From an uncultured bacterium (GTDB taxonomy: Bacteria; SAR324; NAC60-12): a DNA stretch of 26,787 nucleotides. Position 1 is the first letter of the stretch. Each line of letters opens with the position of its first letter. A program made the position numbers and the translations under genes. Shown piece by piece: positions 16,931 to 26,083 of the stretch. The DNA lies in contig CBFIJD010000012.1 in NCBI GenBank assembly GCA_965662845.1, forward strand, positions 1 to 26,787, written 5' to 3'. Below the pieces are notes generated by a model. The model ran no database searches. It saw only the letters and a program-made list of their open reading frames with translations, and was not told the origin of the DNA.

Positions 16931-17383
16931 TTAGGCGTCGAGATATTCGGCAGTGCCGCTGTTTTTGTCATTTTCCCACTGAATCACTTTGTAGCACCAA
17001 GCGCGACCGTTTGATTTGCGGCGCACCAGCTCGTCTGCGAACTCTAGAAAGTAGTGGGCCATGCCTTCGGCGCCGCAGTTGTTGACGACGCGGAGGTTGC
17101 AAATTCCCTTCTCGTGCATGTCTTGAAACATCTCCAAGTAAGGGTCGGCTTCGTTGATCAGCAGGGTGTGGTCACACATGTAGTCGAGGTGTTCTTTCAG
17201 CTCTTTGAGTTGTCCGAAGTCAAAGACGAAGTGATTGGCGTCGAGCTCGTGGCAAGCGAAGAAAAATTTGAAGCTCCGCGAATAGCCGTGAATGTGGCGG
17301 CAGTGTCCGTCGTGAGCGTGCTGACGGTGAGCGCAAGGCAGATTGAAATACTGCTTGGTGCAGGTGTGGCGGAGGCGACTCAT
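16931..17383 (-). CDS. queD: 6-carboxy-5,6,7,8-tetrahydropterin synthase / 6-pyruvoyl-tetrahydropterin synthase family
   Basis: AHRQ, HCRHIHGY (Cx3HG), VFDFG, DHTLL, GAE and WENDKN. SD CAGGAG upstream; adjacent to folE. Confidence 0.88.
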   Translation of the reverse strand: MSRLRHTCTKQYFNLPCAHRQHAHDGHCRHIHGYSRSFKFFFACHELDANHFVFDFGQLKELKEHLDYMCDHTLLINEADPYLEMFQDMHEKGICNLRVVNNCGAEGMAHYFLEFADELVRRKSNGRAWCYKVIQWENDKNSGTAEYLDA

Positions 17384-17689
17384 GAGAGCTCCTGTGAATG
17401 CGTTCGAAAGCCGCGTGGCGCGGAGGTAATGCTTGAGAAGCGTGGTGGAGCATAATCGCTTCTAAGAGTGTGCCACGAGAGGGCCGGGCGTAGGAAGAGA
17501 GAACGGCGAAGTTTTAGGGGAATTTTCGATGAAGTGAGAATTTTCTTAGGCAGGCTGAACATTTTGCATAAGAAAAATCTTTTCTTTGAGAAGTTGATGG
17601 GCGTGGCGGCTTACATGAGCGCTTCTTTGGAGCTGGCTCTGCGGTAGGTGCTGTCGCAGAGCAGCTCGAGGTGTTCAGCGCGCGTCGAT

Positions 17690-18337
17690 TCAGGAGAGGC
17701 TCTCCAGCAGCTTATTGAGTTCGTGGCGGGAGGTGACCACCTTGTCAAGCAGCCCAAACGCCAGCGCTTCTTCGGAGGTCATCCAGTTGTCGCGATCAAG
17801 GGCTTGCTTGATGGTTTCGTAGTCTTTGCCGGTTTGTTCGCAATAGATGTCGATGATGAGGTCGCGGGTTTTGAGGATCTCGCGGGCCTGAATTTGACAC
17901 TCGGTAGCGCGGCCTTGGTAGCCCATCAACAGAGGCTGGTGGATCATGATTTTCGCGTTGGGCATGGCCAAGCGGCGGCCTGGATTGGCGGCTAGGCTGA
18001 GAATGGAGCCCATACTGGCTGCGAAGCCGCTGACTATGGTGGTGACCGGGCAGCTCATGAAGCGCAACATGTCGAAGATGGCGAACCCTGAGAAGACTTC
18101 CCCGCCTGGAGAGTTGATGAAGACCGTGATGGGCGCTTCGGGGTCTTCTTGTTCCAGCAGCACGAGCTGGTTCAGGAGCTTCTGTGTCAGCTCAGAGTTG
18201 ACTTGCTGTGAGATCACGAGGGTGCGGGCTTGGAGCATCTTGGCCGCCATGCCCATCATCTCCATCGCGTCTTCTTTTTTGGCGTCTTCATTGAGTACAG
18301 GCTGGAACGAGGAGGTAAGCAGATTAGTAGGTTGCAT
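17690..18337 (-). CDS. clpP: ATP-dependent Clp protease proteolytic subunit
   Basis: FINSPGG, catalytic Ser in AASMGS, His in IMIHQP, Asp in DRDNWM, FGLLD. The start codon is uncertain because several Met lie downstream. Confidence 0.95.
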   Translation of the reverse strand: MQPTNLLTSSFQPVLNEDAKKEDAMEMMGMAAKMLQARTLVISQQVNSELTQKLLNQLVLLEQEDPEAPITVFINSPGGEVFSGFAIFDMLRFMSCPVTTIVSGFAASMGSILSLAANPGRRLAMPNAKIMIHQPLLMGYQGRATECQIQAREILKTRDLIIDIYCEQTGKDYETIKQALDRDNWMTSEEALAFGLLDKVVTSRHELNKLLESLS

Positions 18338-18396
18338 GCGGGTTTGACCGAATAAAGTGGGAAAGAGAGCCGCGGGGACTCGCAGAGAAAAGTTTA

Positions 18397-18930
18397 TTAC
18401 TGTAGCGCGACCTGTGTCGGAAGGGAAGACGACTCCTGCGCGGAGTGGCAGTAGGTGGCGAGGGGCGCCTTCTGTGTCAGGGCCACGATCTGAGCGGTCG
18501 TGTGTTGCTCAGAGGCCTCTGCGAGGAAGGTTGCGGCATAGTGGCTGCGGAGCTCTTGCGCGAACAGCGAGGTCGCTTGTGCTTCACAACCGGCGAGGTA
18601 GGCGAGAGCCTGGAGGTGGGTGCCCTCTCCCCGCGAGGCTTCTTCTGCGACCTGAGCGTAGCTCTCTTGCAGATAGAGCTGCACACGAGCAGGCATGGGG
18701 CGATAGAAGCTATCCGACGGCTCTGCGCCACCACAGCCGAGAGTCCCAGAGCTGCGCCCCATAGCGACGGTGGTTCCCCACGGCAGCAGGGTCGTGGTGA
18801 CGAAGATCCCGAAGAAGCTGGTGGGCAGATCGACTTTAGGGCACCGGCTCGCGTTGGCAGAGGGGGGTGTGAGGAGCGCGATGCTGAGTGAGAAAATCGT
18901 CGCGGCAGAGACAAGAAAGCGGCGCATCAT
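18397..18930 (-). CDS. Secreted DUF3015-like protein
   Basis: Signal peptide (MRRFLVSAATIFSLSIALL..ANA), SSGTLGC and EASRGEGTHLQALAYLAGC fit my recollection of DUF3015. Confidence 0.7.
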   Translation of the reverse strand: MMRRFLVSAATIFSLSIALLTPPSANASRCPKVDLPTSFFGIFVTTTLLPWGTTVAMGRSSGTLGCGGAEPSDSFYRPMPARVQLYLQESYAQVAEEASRGEGTHLQALAYLAGCEAQATSLFAQELRSHYAATFLAEASEQHTTAQIVALTQKAPLATYCHSAQESSSLPTQVALQ

Positions 18931-18936
18931 AGGAAC

Positions 18937-19719
18937 TCAGTGGTTGAGGATCTGACTGAGGAAGAGTTGGGTGCGTTCATGTTGAGGCTGGTTAAAAAAA
19001 ACTTCGGGCGGAGCTTGCTCGAGGATTTCTCCTCCGTCCATGAACACCATTTGATTGGCGACTGTGCGGGCGAACCCCATCTCGTGTGTCACGCAAATCA
19101 TGGTCATGCCGCCTTCGGCGAGTTCAATCATGGTGTCGAGGACTTCTTTGATCATCTCTGGGTCCAAGGCCGAGGTGGGCTCATCGAACAGCATGATCTT
19201 GGGTTTCATGCACAGACCACGCGCGATGGCCACTCTTTGCTGTTGTCCCCCTGAGAGTTGTCCGGGGTATTTGTCTGCTTGCTCGGGGATTTTGACGCGT
19301 TCCAGAAAGTGCATTGCGGTTGCAACCGCTTCTTTTTTGGGGACTTTGCGCACCCAGATGGGGGCCAGCGTCAGGTTCTCTAAGACGGTCAGGTGGGGAA
19401 AGAGGTTAAAGTGCTGGAAAATCATCCCCACTTCTTGGCGGACGCGCTCGATGTTTTTGACGTCTTCAGTGAGTTCGATGCCATCGACGACAATGCGCCC
19501 TTGTTGGTGTTCTTCTAGGCGATTGATGCAGCGAATCGCGGTGGATTTTCCGGAGCCCGAGGGGCCACAGATGACGAAGCGCTCGCTCTGGTGAATCGTC
19601 AGGTGGATGTTCTTCAACACGTGGAATTGCCCGAACCATTTGTTGACGCCTTCCATCTTGATCATCACTTGCGAGGCGGGTGAGGGCAAATCCGGGGCGT
19701 GGGCCGCCGTCGCTGTCAT
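18937..19719 (-). CDS. aapP: Polar amino acid ABC transporter ATP-binding subunit (AapP/YhdZ/BztD type)
   Basis: Walker A GPSGSGKST, FQHFNLFPHLT, LAPIWVRK, LSGGQQQRVAIAR, FDEPTSALDPEM. Start at ATG 19719, overlapping the upstream stop as ATGA. Confidence 0.93.
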   Translation of the reverse strand: MTATAAHAPDLPSPASQVMIKMEGVNKWFGQFHVLKNIHLTIHQSERFVICGPSGSGKSTAIRCINRLEEHQQGRIVVDGIELTEDVKNIERVRQEVGMIFQHFNLFPHLTVLENLTLAPIWVRKVPKKEAVATAMHFLERVKIPEQADKYPGQLSGGQQQRVAIARGLCMKPKIMLFDEPTSALDPEMIKEVLDTMIELAEGGMTMICVTHEMGFARTVANQMVFMDGGEILEQAPPEVFFNQPQHERTQLFLSQILNH

Positions 19720-20063
19720 AGCTCGTTTTCTGAGATGTGTTGTGAGTCGTGAGCTTCTGCTGCTTTGCGAGAGCGCTGTTGTTCGGCGCGGACTTCCATT
19801 TGGGCCGCGAAGGTGTGCAGGTCGGTGAGGCGGATTTCGTGTCCGAGGGAGCCGCGAAAGTGTGTGCGAAACTCGTCGAGTACGGGGTTGATGTTGCTCG
19901 CGAGCAAGTTTGGGAAGCGGGCTCGATTTTCCAGCAAAAACTGCAACAGCTGTTCGCAAGCGACGGTGTCGTCCGGCTCTTGTTTGCGGCGTTTTTGCAG
20001 AATGCTCAGCAACCAAACGAGTCCCCACAAAACGCCTAATCCCACCAAGACTTGATCTGTCAT
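19716..20063 (-). CDS. Small hypothetical protein with one N-terminal transmembrane helix (115 aa)
   Basis: SD GAGGAG before ATG 20063; hydrophobic VLVGLGVLWGLVWLLSIL followed by KRRK; tightly packed between the GT2 gene and aapP. Confidence 0.7.
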   Translation of the reverse strand: MTDQVLVGLGVLWGLVWLLSILQKRRKQEPDDTVACEQLLQFLLENRARFPNLLASNINPVLDEFRTHFRGSLGHEIRLTDLHTFAAQMEVRAEQQRSRKAAEAHDSQHISENEL

Positions 20064-20079
20064 GAACGCTCCTCGATTC

Positions 20080-21111
20080 TCAGGCAAATTGCACAAAGTG
20101 TTGTGGTGTCTGCCAGTTCCATGCTTTGAAGTGGCGGGTGAGTTTTTGACCTTGCGGGCCGCCCACGGCCACAGCCAGCCAACAATCCTGCCACGGTTCC
20201 CACGACTGCGGTTGCGTAACGTCACGCAACCCGATTGCCGGCAGATCAAACACGCGACGCTCCGTACCGGCGTGCGGAACGTTGTCTAGAATTCCTTCGA
20301 TGGGGAGCCCGGCTTTGCGCAGCGCTTGAACCAGATAGCGCGCCGAACCGCCGCTGCCGACAATCCAGATCGGCTTTTGCTCAAAAAACTTCATTTGTTG
20401 CGCGAAGTGGACTTTGGCTTCCATGTTCACCGCTTGTTTGTAGCGGTCTTCATAGGCCGAGATGCACGCGGCAGAGTGGCGCTTTTCAACCAACACTTCG
20501 GAGACTTTTGCCATGGAGACTCCCGCGAGGTGTGCGCGGAGCAGGAAGTCGTAATCTTCTGCCCAGGGCGAGTCCTCATACCCTTGCAGCTGGGCAAACA
20601 CCGAACGTCGTCCGCAGAACGTTGGATGGAAGATGGGCGACTCGGCGAACAGGTGCTCTGCGATCTGTTGTGTGGTCAGCAGCGCGTTGCTCCACGCTTC
20701 GTGGTGCTGCACGTAGGGCGGGAGCGCTTCTTCGTCGGTGAAGTGTCGCACCTGCGTTCCACAGAGGCCGAGGGAAGGCTCCCTCTGCAACATGTGCACC
20801 TGTTTCTCCAAGCGCTGCGGGAGCATGCGGTCGTCCGCGTCCATGCGAGCGATCAGCTCTCCTTGCGCCGCTGTCCAAGCTTGGTTGAGGGTCGGGACAA
20901 TCCCACGGTGGGGCGCGTCAAAGATGTGCAGCCGCGCTTCTTCCGCAGAAATCTCTCGCAAAACACCGAAACTATCATCGGTAGACCCGTCATTGACCGC
21001 GAGGATTTCCCAGTTCTCATAGCTCTGGCGCTGAATGCTCGCTAGGCAGTCGCGCAAGAAGGGCTGATCATTATGAACAGGTAGCAGGATGGACACAAGA
21101 GGGGAGTGCAT
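20080..21111 (-). CDS. Glycosyltransferase family 2 with C-terminal Rossmann-like extension
   Basis: VSILLPVHN, VNDGSTD, ARMDADD (DxD), EDYDF; C-terminal IWIVGSGGSA. Confidence 0.92.
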   Translation of the reverse strand: MHSPLVSILLPVHNDQPFLRDCLASIQRQSYENWEILAVNDGSTDDSFGVLREISAEEARLHIFDAPHRGIVPTLNQAWTAAQGELIARMDADDRMLPQRLEKQVHMLQREPSLGLCGTQVRHFTDEEALPPYVQHHEAWSNALLTTQQIAEHLFAESPIFHPTFCGRRSVFAQLQGYEDSPWAEDYDFLLRAHLAGVSMAKVSEVLVEKRHSAACISAYEDRYKQAVNMEAKVHFAQQMKFFEQKPIWIVGSGGSARYLVQALRKAGLPIEGILDNVPHAGTERRVFDLPAIGLRDVTQPQSWEPWQDCWLAVAVGGPQGQKLTRHFKAWNWQTPQHFVQFA

Positions 21112-21123
21112 CGGGGGATTGTG

Positions 21124-22686
21124 TTAGGAGGGAAAGGAGACTTCGGGCGTGAGCGTGGGCTGCCGTTCAATTTCTAAGCGTCGTGCAAATTGTTCTTCAA
21201 AGAGAGCCTTTTTGTTGTTGACGGCCCAGTGCGCAAGCAAGAGGTCGGAGTCGCCATTCAACAACAAGAGGACTCGCTGAGGGTCGTGGTGCACGACCAA
21301 AGAATGGACGCGGTCGCGGTGCTCTCGATCTAAGGCGTCGGCCACGCGCAACAAAGAAGAGAGCGTGGAGACGCGCTGTTGGTCCGCGCTGGGCAAGCGG
21401 GCGTAGTCGCTGTGCTTTGCTGCGGGGGGCGACCCCGAGTGATAGCGAGCGATCAAACTGATCAGGCGTAGCTCGGTGTTGGTGACCCCGACCAGCTCAA
21501 TGTTTTGGATGATGTACATGGAGTGCTTGTGGTGACTCGATGGCCGAATGAACCGCCCGATGTCATGCAGAATCGCGGCGACTTCTAACAACAACCGATC
21601 CCGCTGATTCAGTTGGTGCAGCGCCTGCGTGCCATCAAACAGCTGCACGGCCAAGTGATGCACCGTCCGCGCGTGTCGAACATTGGCTTGATAGCGGCGG
21701 GCGTAATAGAAGGCGGAGTGCAGCACCTGTTCATATTCTCCGCTCACGGTCGCCCCGACGGTCTCTTCCAGCATTTCATCTAAGATGCCGTCACGCAGAC
21801 CAACCATGGGGATCGCGAGCGTGTTGCTGCCGCTGAACCGCAAGAGCCCGTCAAACACCATCATGGCTGGGACAATGACATCCGCGCGGTCAGGCGACAT
21901 CTCATACTTTTCGACGCGCTCTTCTAAGCTGGAGTGTTTGACGAGTTTTTTGAGCAGGTGAAAGGTGTCGCGAGGGAGGTAGCAGACGTTGCGTTCATAG
22001 GTTCCTGAGCCGACCAGCGTGCGGTCAAATAAGCGGGCGAGGGCGTTGGCGTTGCCTCCAGTGATCACGAGAGCGTCAATTTGGTCGCATGGCAGGCGGG
22101 TTTGCAGCGTTTCGGTGAAGTCGCGCATGATGGTCTTAGTCCATCGTCGGAATTCACGCTCTGTCTCGGGGGTGTAGGGAAACATTTGCAGCAGGCGAAC
22201 GGTCCCCATGCGAAAGGATTCGGCAAACTGGATCTCGCCCTGCACCAAGAGGGTAATTTCAACGCTGCCACCGCCAAGGTCAGCGAGAAGGTAGCGCCCC
22301 TGCTCCAGATCCATCACACGTCGGATGGCGCGCTGCAGCAGCTGGGCTTCCTTCCCCCCGGAGATCGTTTCGAGCCGGATGCCGGTTGCGCGTTCGATGC
22401 GCTCGATGGCTTCCTCACGGTTGTCGGCCTCACGCATGGCGCTGGTGGCATAGGCCCGGATCTCTTTGCAGTCGTTTTGTTCTAGCGTCTTGCGATAAAT
22501 CTGGAGTGCGTGGATCAGGCTTTCGAGGGTCGTGTCGCTCAGATATCCGGTGTGGAAGACATCTTTGCCTAAGCGGATGGGGGTGCGATTGGTCTCGATG
22601 ATCTCGACGCGCCGGTCGGGGGTGAGGCGAGCACAGATCATGCGGATCGCGTTCGAGCCAATGTCAATCGCGCCGACGATTTTCAT
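21124..22686 (-). CDS. ppx: Ppx/GppA exopolyphosphatase / pppGpp phosphohydrolase with C-terminal HD-like domain
   Basis: AIDIGSNAIR, ATSAMREA, DLGGGSVE, RADVI, GLRDG, LHDIG, HHKHS and LRVADALD. Confidence 0.95.
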   Translation of the reverse strand: MKIVGAIDIGSNAIRMICARLTPDRRVEIIETNRTPIRLGKDVFHTGYLSDTTLESLIHALQIYRKTLEQNDCKEIRAYATSAMREADNREEAIERIERATGIRLETISGGKEAQLLQRAIRRVMDLEQGRYLLADLGGGSVEITLLVQGEIQFAESFRMGTVRLLQMFPYTPETEREFRRWTKTIMRDFTETLQTRLPCDQIDALVITGGNANALARLFDRTLVGSGTYERNVCYLPRDTFHLLKKLVKHSSLEERVEKYEMSPDRADVIVPAMMVFDGLLRFSGSNTLAIPMVGLRDGILDEMLEETVGATVSGEYEQVLHSAFYYARRYQANVRHARTVHHLAVQLFDGTQALHQLNQRDRLLLEVAAILHDIGRFIRPSSHHKHSMYIIQNIELVGVTNTELRLISLIARYHSGSPPAAKHSDYARLPSADQQRVSTLSSLLRVADALDREHRDRVHSLVVHHDPQRVLLLLNGDSDLLLAHWAVNNKKALFEEQFARRLEIERQPTLTPEVSFPS

Positions 22687-22749
22687 GGGGGCTACAGGTG
22701 CTAGGGTTCGCAGAAAAAAGGCTTGTGGTACACGTTCCCAAGGTCAATT

Positions 22750-23439
22750 TCAATGTTGGGTTTGGGAGCGATCAGAAGGCAAGAGGGCCCGTAGCTGTTC
22801 CCGAAAGCGACCAGCGCCTCCATTTGCTGGATGACGAACTTTGTGGTGAAGCCGCTGCAGCTCGTGGAGTTGAGCCGCCGCTTGTTCGCCAATCGCGATG
22901 AGTTGGGTGTGTGGGAACAAGGCGAGCATCTGTTCTAGGATGCCTTGTCCGTGGCGACGCTCTATCGGAGTGGGGGTGCGATTAGACAACAGCCCCTTTT
23001 CTGATTTGTAAGGGTGCCACGGAAAGGCGTTCCAAAGCACAAAGGCATACGGATCGTGCTGGACTAATTCTCCCCACACAATCGTCGCGGTAGGTTCCGT
23101 GAAACCGTCGCGGCGCACCGATTCTAAGCTCGTGCGTTGTGGGCGGATGCTTTGAAAAACTTGGGTAGGGTAAAGGCCTTTGTGCGCTAACTTCCCTAAC
23201 AATAAGCGCTCCGATGTCATAGGGATGCCGCTGAAGTGGCCACCTTGGTAACCTAAAGCCTCGGCAATCAGTAGATAACGCGCCGAATGGAGGCGTTCTT
23301 GTAAGTATGCTTGCAGCTGTTGCTGACGGATTTGTGGAGCGAGCGGGTGTTGATCATGGGTGGCGTCTCTATGCACCCACGGATTGAAAACGGAGCCGGA
23401 TGGAGACCGCGTTAATGCGGCAAAAAAAGATTGTAGCAT
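22750..23439 (-). CDS. Uracil-DNA glycosylase superfamily protein
   Basis: IAEALGYQGGHFSGIPMTSE (motif 1), EPTATIVW, WNAFPWHP, NRTPT and RHPANGG (motif 2). Confidence 0.88.
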   Translation of the reverse strand: MLQSFFAALTRSPSGSVFNPWVHRDATHDQHPLAPQIRQQQLQAYLQERLHSARYLLIAEALGYQGGHFSGIPMTSERLLLGKLAHKGLYPTQVFQSIRPQRTSLESVRRDGFTEPTATIVWGELVQHDPYAFVLWNAFPWHPYKSEKGLLSNRTPTPIERRHGQGILEQMLALFPHTQLIAIGEQAAAQLHELQRLHHKVRHPANGGAGRFREQLRALLPSDRSQTQH

Positions 23440-23532
23440 GTGGTGGGTTTGTTCTCATTTTATTCAAGGAGAGCGAGCTTGCTCATGCAATGTCGAAACA
23501 TTATGATTTTTTTTTGCTGAAAAATTCAAAAC

Positions 23533-23566
23533 CTTGATTGACGAATCAAGCAATTCCACATATACC
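23533..23566 (+). promoter_or_regulatory. Inverted repeat CTTGATT-GACG-AATCAAG overlapping a putative -35 (TTGACG), with a weak -10 (TATACC) 17 nt later
   Basis: Perfect 7-bp arms at 23533-23539 and 23544-23550; TTGACG 23538-23543; TATACC 23561-23566; in an AT-rich divergent intergenic region. Confidence 0.5.
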
Positions 23567-23653
23567 TGTTATTTCCCAGTTTAATAAAAGCGTAAGTTGC
23601 GTTTACTGGATGTGAACCAAACTCAAAGCATAGACTTAAGGAGCGATATTCTA

Positions 23654-24049
23654 ATGCGAAAGAAAATTGAAATGGATGACAAAGAATTTATGAAGCGAGC
23701 CAAAAGCTTTGCGCGCGAGAGGGTGAGCATGCGCGCAGCCGCCCAAGAAGAAGGTGTGAGTATGCAGACCTACAAAAACCATTTGTATGATGTTGCGACT
23801 CGCCTGCAAGAAGCCCCACCCCTTTTTCTAAAAGGCAAAAAAGCGACAAGCAAAGAACATATTGAAGTCGTACGTCGCTCTGGACAAAGAGGCAGCGGGA
23901 GAAGATTGGGAATTCCAGCGGAAGTCTTTCAGACTATGGGGTGGGAATCTGGGACGCAAATTCGCATCCGCAAGTCGGGGAAAAAGGTGATCTTAGAGGC
24001 GATACATGACGTCTCTGATGAGGACGCAGACGAGTCAGATGAGAGCTAG
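23654..24049 (+). CDS. Putative regulator: N-terminal HTH-like segment, AbrB/MazE/SpoVT-like domain and acidic tail
   Basis: SD AAGGAG before ATG 23654; SMRAAAQEEGVSMQTYKNHL (HTH-like); GSGRRLGIPAEVFQTMGWESGTQIRIRKSGKKVILE (swapped-hairpin pattern); DEDADESDES tail. Confidence 0.72.
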   Translation: MRKKIEMDDKEFMKRAKSFARERVSMRAAAQEEGVSMQTYKNHLYDVATRLQEAPPLFLKGKKATSKEHIEVVRRSGQRGSGRRLGIPAEVFQTMGWESGTQIRIRKSGKKVILEAIHDVSDEDADESDES

Positions 24050-24139
24050 GCTCCACCGTTTCTATCCATAACGATCAGCTGTCGGAGGAGCCGAGTAACT
24101 CTTGGTTTGTTCGGCAGCGTGCTTCCTTGCTTGCCCTCC

Positions 24140-25288
24140 TCACTCCTTCGCTTGAGCCGCCGCTGTGGTCAACAAGACTTCTTTCTTAGGCCAGCGCATA
24201 ACAAAGCGAGCCCCATGCGGAAAACCCGTATCCAACCAAACACTACCCTGATGCGCCTCTAAAATCTTTTTGACCGTCGCCAAGCCAATGCCACTGCCCT
24301 TTTGCGCTTCGTGGAGTCGTGTGAATGGCAAAAAGATACGCTCCCGCTCTTTCGCGGGGACTCCAGGGCCATTGTCTTCAATCCAGCACTCATACCAATC
24401 CCCTCGCATTCGGCCATCTAAGCGAATCAAGACCGGCTTCGTGGCACCACGATAGCGAATCGCGTTCGCGATTAAGTTTTGCCAGACTTGTCCCATCTTT
24501 AGCGTGTCACAGTAAATCGAAAGGTCTTGCTTCGGGAGCTGAAACCTGACCAACCCATCTCGTTGTGCGGGATCAAATTGTTCCAACACAGACTGTAAGA
24601 GTTGTGCCAGTGAGGTGTCTTGCATCTCGCCAATGACTTTGCCCGACATGGCGTAGTTCAGGAGGGTGTCGATGAACGACAGCATCTTCTGAAAAGAGTT
24701 CGGAACGCGCTGCAATAATTCGAGCATGCTGGGATCGCTCCAGACCTCAGGATGTTCATCTTGGAGACGATGCAAAAATAAGTTGAATAAGCTGGCAGCA
24801 CCCACCACAGGGGACTTTAGGTCGTGGCTGACCATGTGTGTAAAGTGCGTAAGTTCTTGCTTTTGTCGGAGCAGGTCTTGGGTCAGTTCATGGACTTGGT
24901 CAAAGGCGTGTTTGGTGCGCAAAGCGGAATTAGTGCGGGCCATCAGCGTGACGCGCTCTACCGGCTTGAGGATGTAGTCAACCGCACCAGCGGCAAAAGC
25001 ATCTTGGAGCGTTTGTCGATCGTTTTTCGCGGTGACAATCAAGACGGGGACATGTGTGAAGCGAGGAGACTGCTTGAGGATGCGTGTGGTCTCAATGCCG
25101 CTCATTTCGGGCATCATGTGATCCATTAGGATCAGGTCAGGAGTCCATTCTTCAAGGAGGGTGAGCGCGGCCGGGCCGCTGTGTACGCTGCGGATTTCTC
25201 CTCGCAGTTTGCGGAGGATGTCTTCGATGACGAGACGGTTATTCTCTTGGTCATCAATGATCAGGATCTTGCCCTTTCTTGGCTCCAT
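24140..25288 (-). CDS. Hybrid response regulator-histidine kinase (REC, HisKA, HATPase)
   Basis: ILIIDD, LILMDHMMP, VTA, DYILKP; H-box VSHDLKSP; QNLIANA, EDNGPG, GSGIGL. Start at ATG 25288 (MEPRKG), overlapping the end of trmJ by 35 bp. Confidence 0.93.
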   Translation of the reverse strand: MEPRKGKILIIDDQENNRLVIEDILRKLRGEIRSVHSGPAALTLLEEWTPDLILMDHMMPEMSGIETTRILKQSPRFTHVPVLIVTAKNDRQTLQDAFAAGAVDYILKPVERVTLMARTNSALRTKHAFDQVHELTQDLLRQKQELTHFTHMVSHDLKSPVVGAASLFNLFLHRLQDEHPEVWSDPSMLELLQRVPNSFQKMLSFIDTLLNYAMSGKVIGEMQDTSLAQLLQSVLEQFDPAQRDGLVRFQLPKQDLSIYCDTLKMGQVWQNLIANAIRYRGATKPVLIRLDGRMRGDWYECWIEDNGPGVPAKERERIFLPFTRLHEAQKGSGIGLATVKKILEAHQGSVWLDTGFPHGARFVMRWPKKEVLLTTAAAQAKE

Positions 25289-26036
25289 GCGCTGGCTGAG
25301 AGTGACGTGGTAGATGCTGTAGTGCCCACTCTGTTTGAGAGATGATGCCGTGCAACATCGCGAGCTCATTGTTGTTAGGCTGCGCCCGATAAAACAGCTC
25401 TCGCAATTTCGCTAATCGCTCGGCTCGAGTGTGCGCGTAGAGAAAACCAATCCTTTGCAAGTGATCGGCCCAACGCTCAAGCCAATGTTGTAACGCTGGG
25501 AGATCGGGCTCTGAGGCGGCGGGAGCAAGGTCGGGCTGAGAGCGGGGGAGCGCTTGTTGGGCGCGGAAGACTTCGTAACAACAGATGGCGACACTTTGCG
25601 CCAGATTCAGGGTGTTGTAGTCCGCGCCAGGGATCTGGACCCAGCGCTGGGCCCAGCTCAACTCATCGTTGCTCAACCCTCGGTCTTCGGCGCCAAACAG
25701 CAGCGCGACCGGTTGATGAGTCGAGAGTAGCCACGAGAGCGGCTCTTCTGGCAACTCTAAGCGTGTGCCACGGTTGCGTGTCTGCGCTGTGGTCGCGATG
25801 ACTCGGACACAACCTCGCAGCGCGGTCGCTAAGTCATCCACCACCTGACACGCTTCGAGGACGTCTCGCGCGTGGGTCGCCATTTTCTGCGCATCCTCCG
25901 CTTGTGGCGAACAGCGCGGTCGGACCAAGATGAGCTGTTGCAACCCAAAGTTTTTCATGACGCGGGCGACAGAGCCCACATTCAGCGCCCCGTTGGGCTC
26001 TACAAGAACAATGCGAACCGCAGACTGGAGTTCCAT
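25254..26036 (-). CDS. trmJ: SPOUT RNA methyltransferase, TrmJ/LasT family
   Basis: IVLVEP...NVGSVARVMKNFG, LLFGAEDRGLSNDEL and YNTLNLAQSV. Start at ATG 26036, because the longer ORF-track start runs into the tRNA. Confidence 0.88.
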   Translation of the reverse strand: MELQSAVRIVLVEPNGALNVGSVARVMKNFGLQQLILVRPRCSPQAEDAQKMATHARDVLEACQVVDDLATALRGCVRVIATTAQTRNRGTRLELPEEPLSWLLSTHQPVALLFGAEDRGLSNDELSWAQRWVQIPGADYNTLNLAQSVAICCYEVFRAQQALPRSQPDLAPAASEPDLPALQHWLERWADHLQRIGFLYAHTRAERLAKLRELFYRAQPNNNELAMLHGIISQTEWALQHLPRHSQPAHGAKKGQDPDH

Positions 26037-26038
26037 AC

Positions 26039-26069
26039 TTGACACTTTGTGAGAAGTCCCTAATATACT
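26039..26069 (+). promoter_or_regulatory. Sigma70-type promoter for tRNA-Pro
   Basis: Perfect TTGACA at 26039-26044; TAATAT (26061-26066, 16-nt spacer) or TATACT (26064-26069); tRNA begins at 26084. Confidence 0.7.
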
Positions 26070-26083
26070 TTGTTTCGTTTTGT

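Noticed and set aside
17384..17480. preQ1 or folate riboswitch, or sigma54 promoter, upstream of queD
   Set aside because: No preQ1 stem-loop with A-rich tail; the minus-strand TGGCAC lacks the -12 TTGC at the required spacing.
19720..20028. Long N-terminal extension of the ABC ATPase ORF
   Set aside because: It overlaps the better-supported 19716-20063 gene in another frame.
23534..23549. FNR box (TTGAT...ATCAA)
   Set aside because: The half-sites are separated by 6 nt, not the 4 nt FNR requires; kept only as a generic operator candidate.
24079..24117. G-U-rich hairpin between convergent genes as a terminator
   Set aside because: It relies on many wobble pairs and has no clear U-tract.
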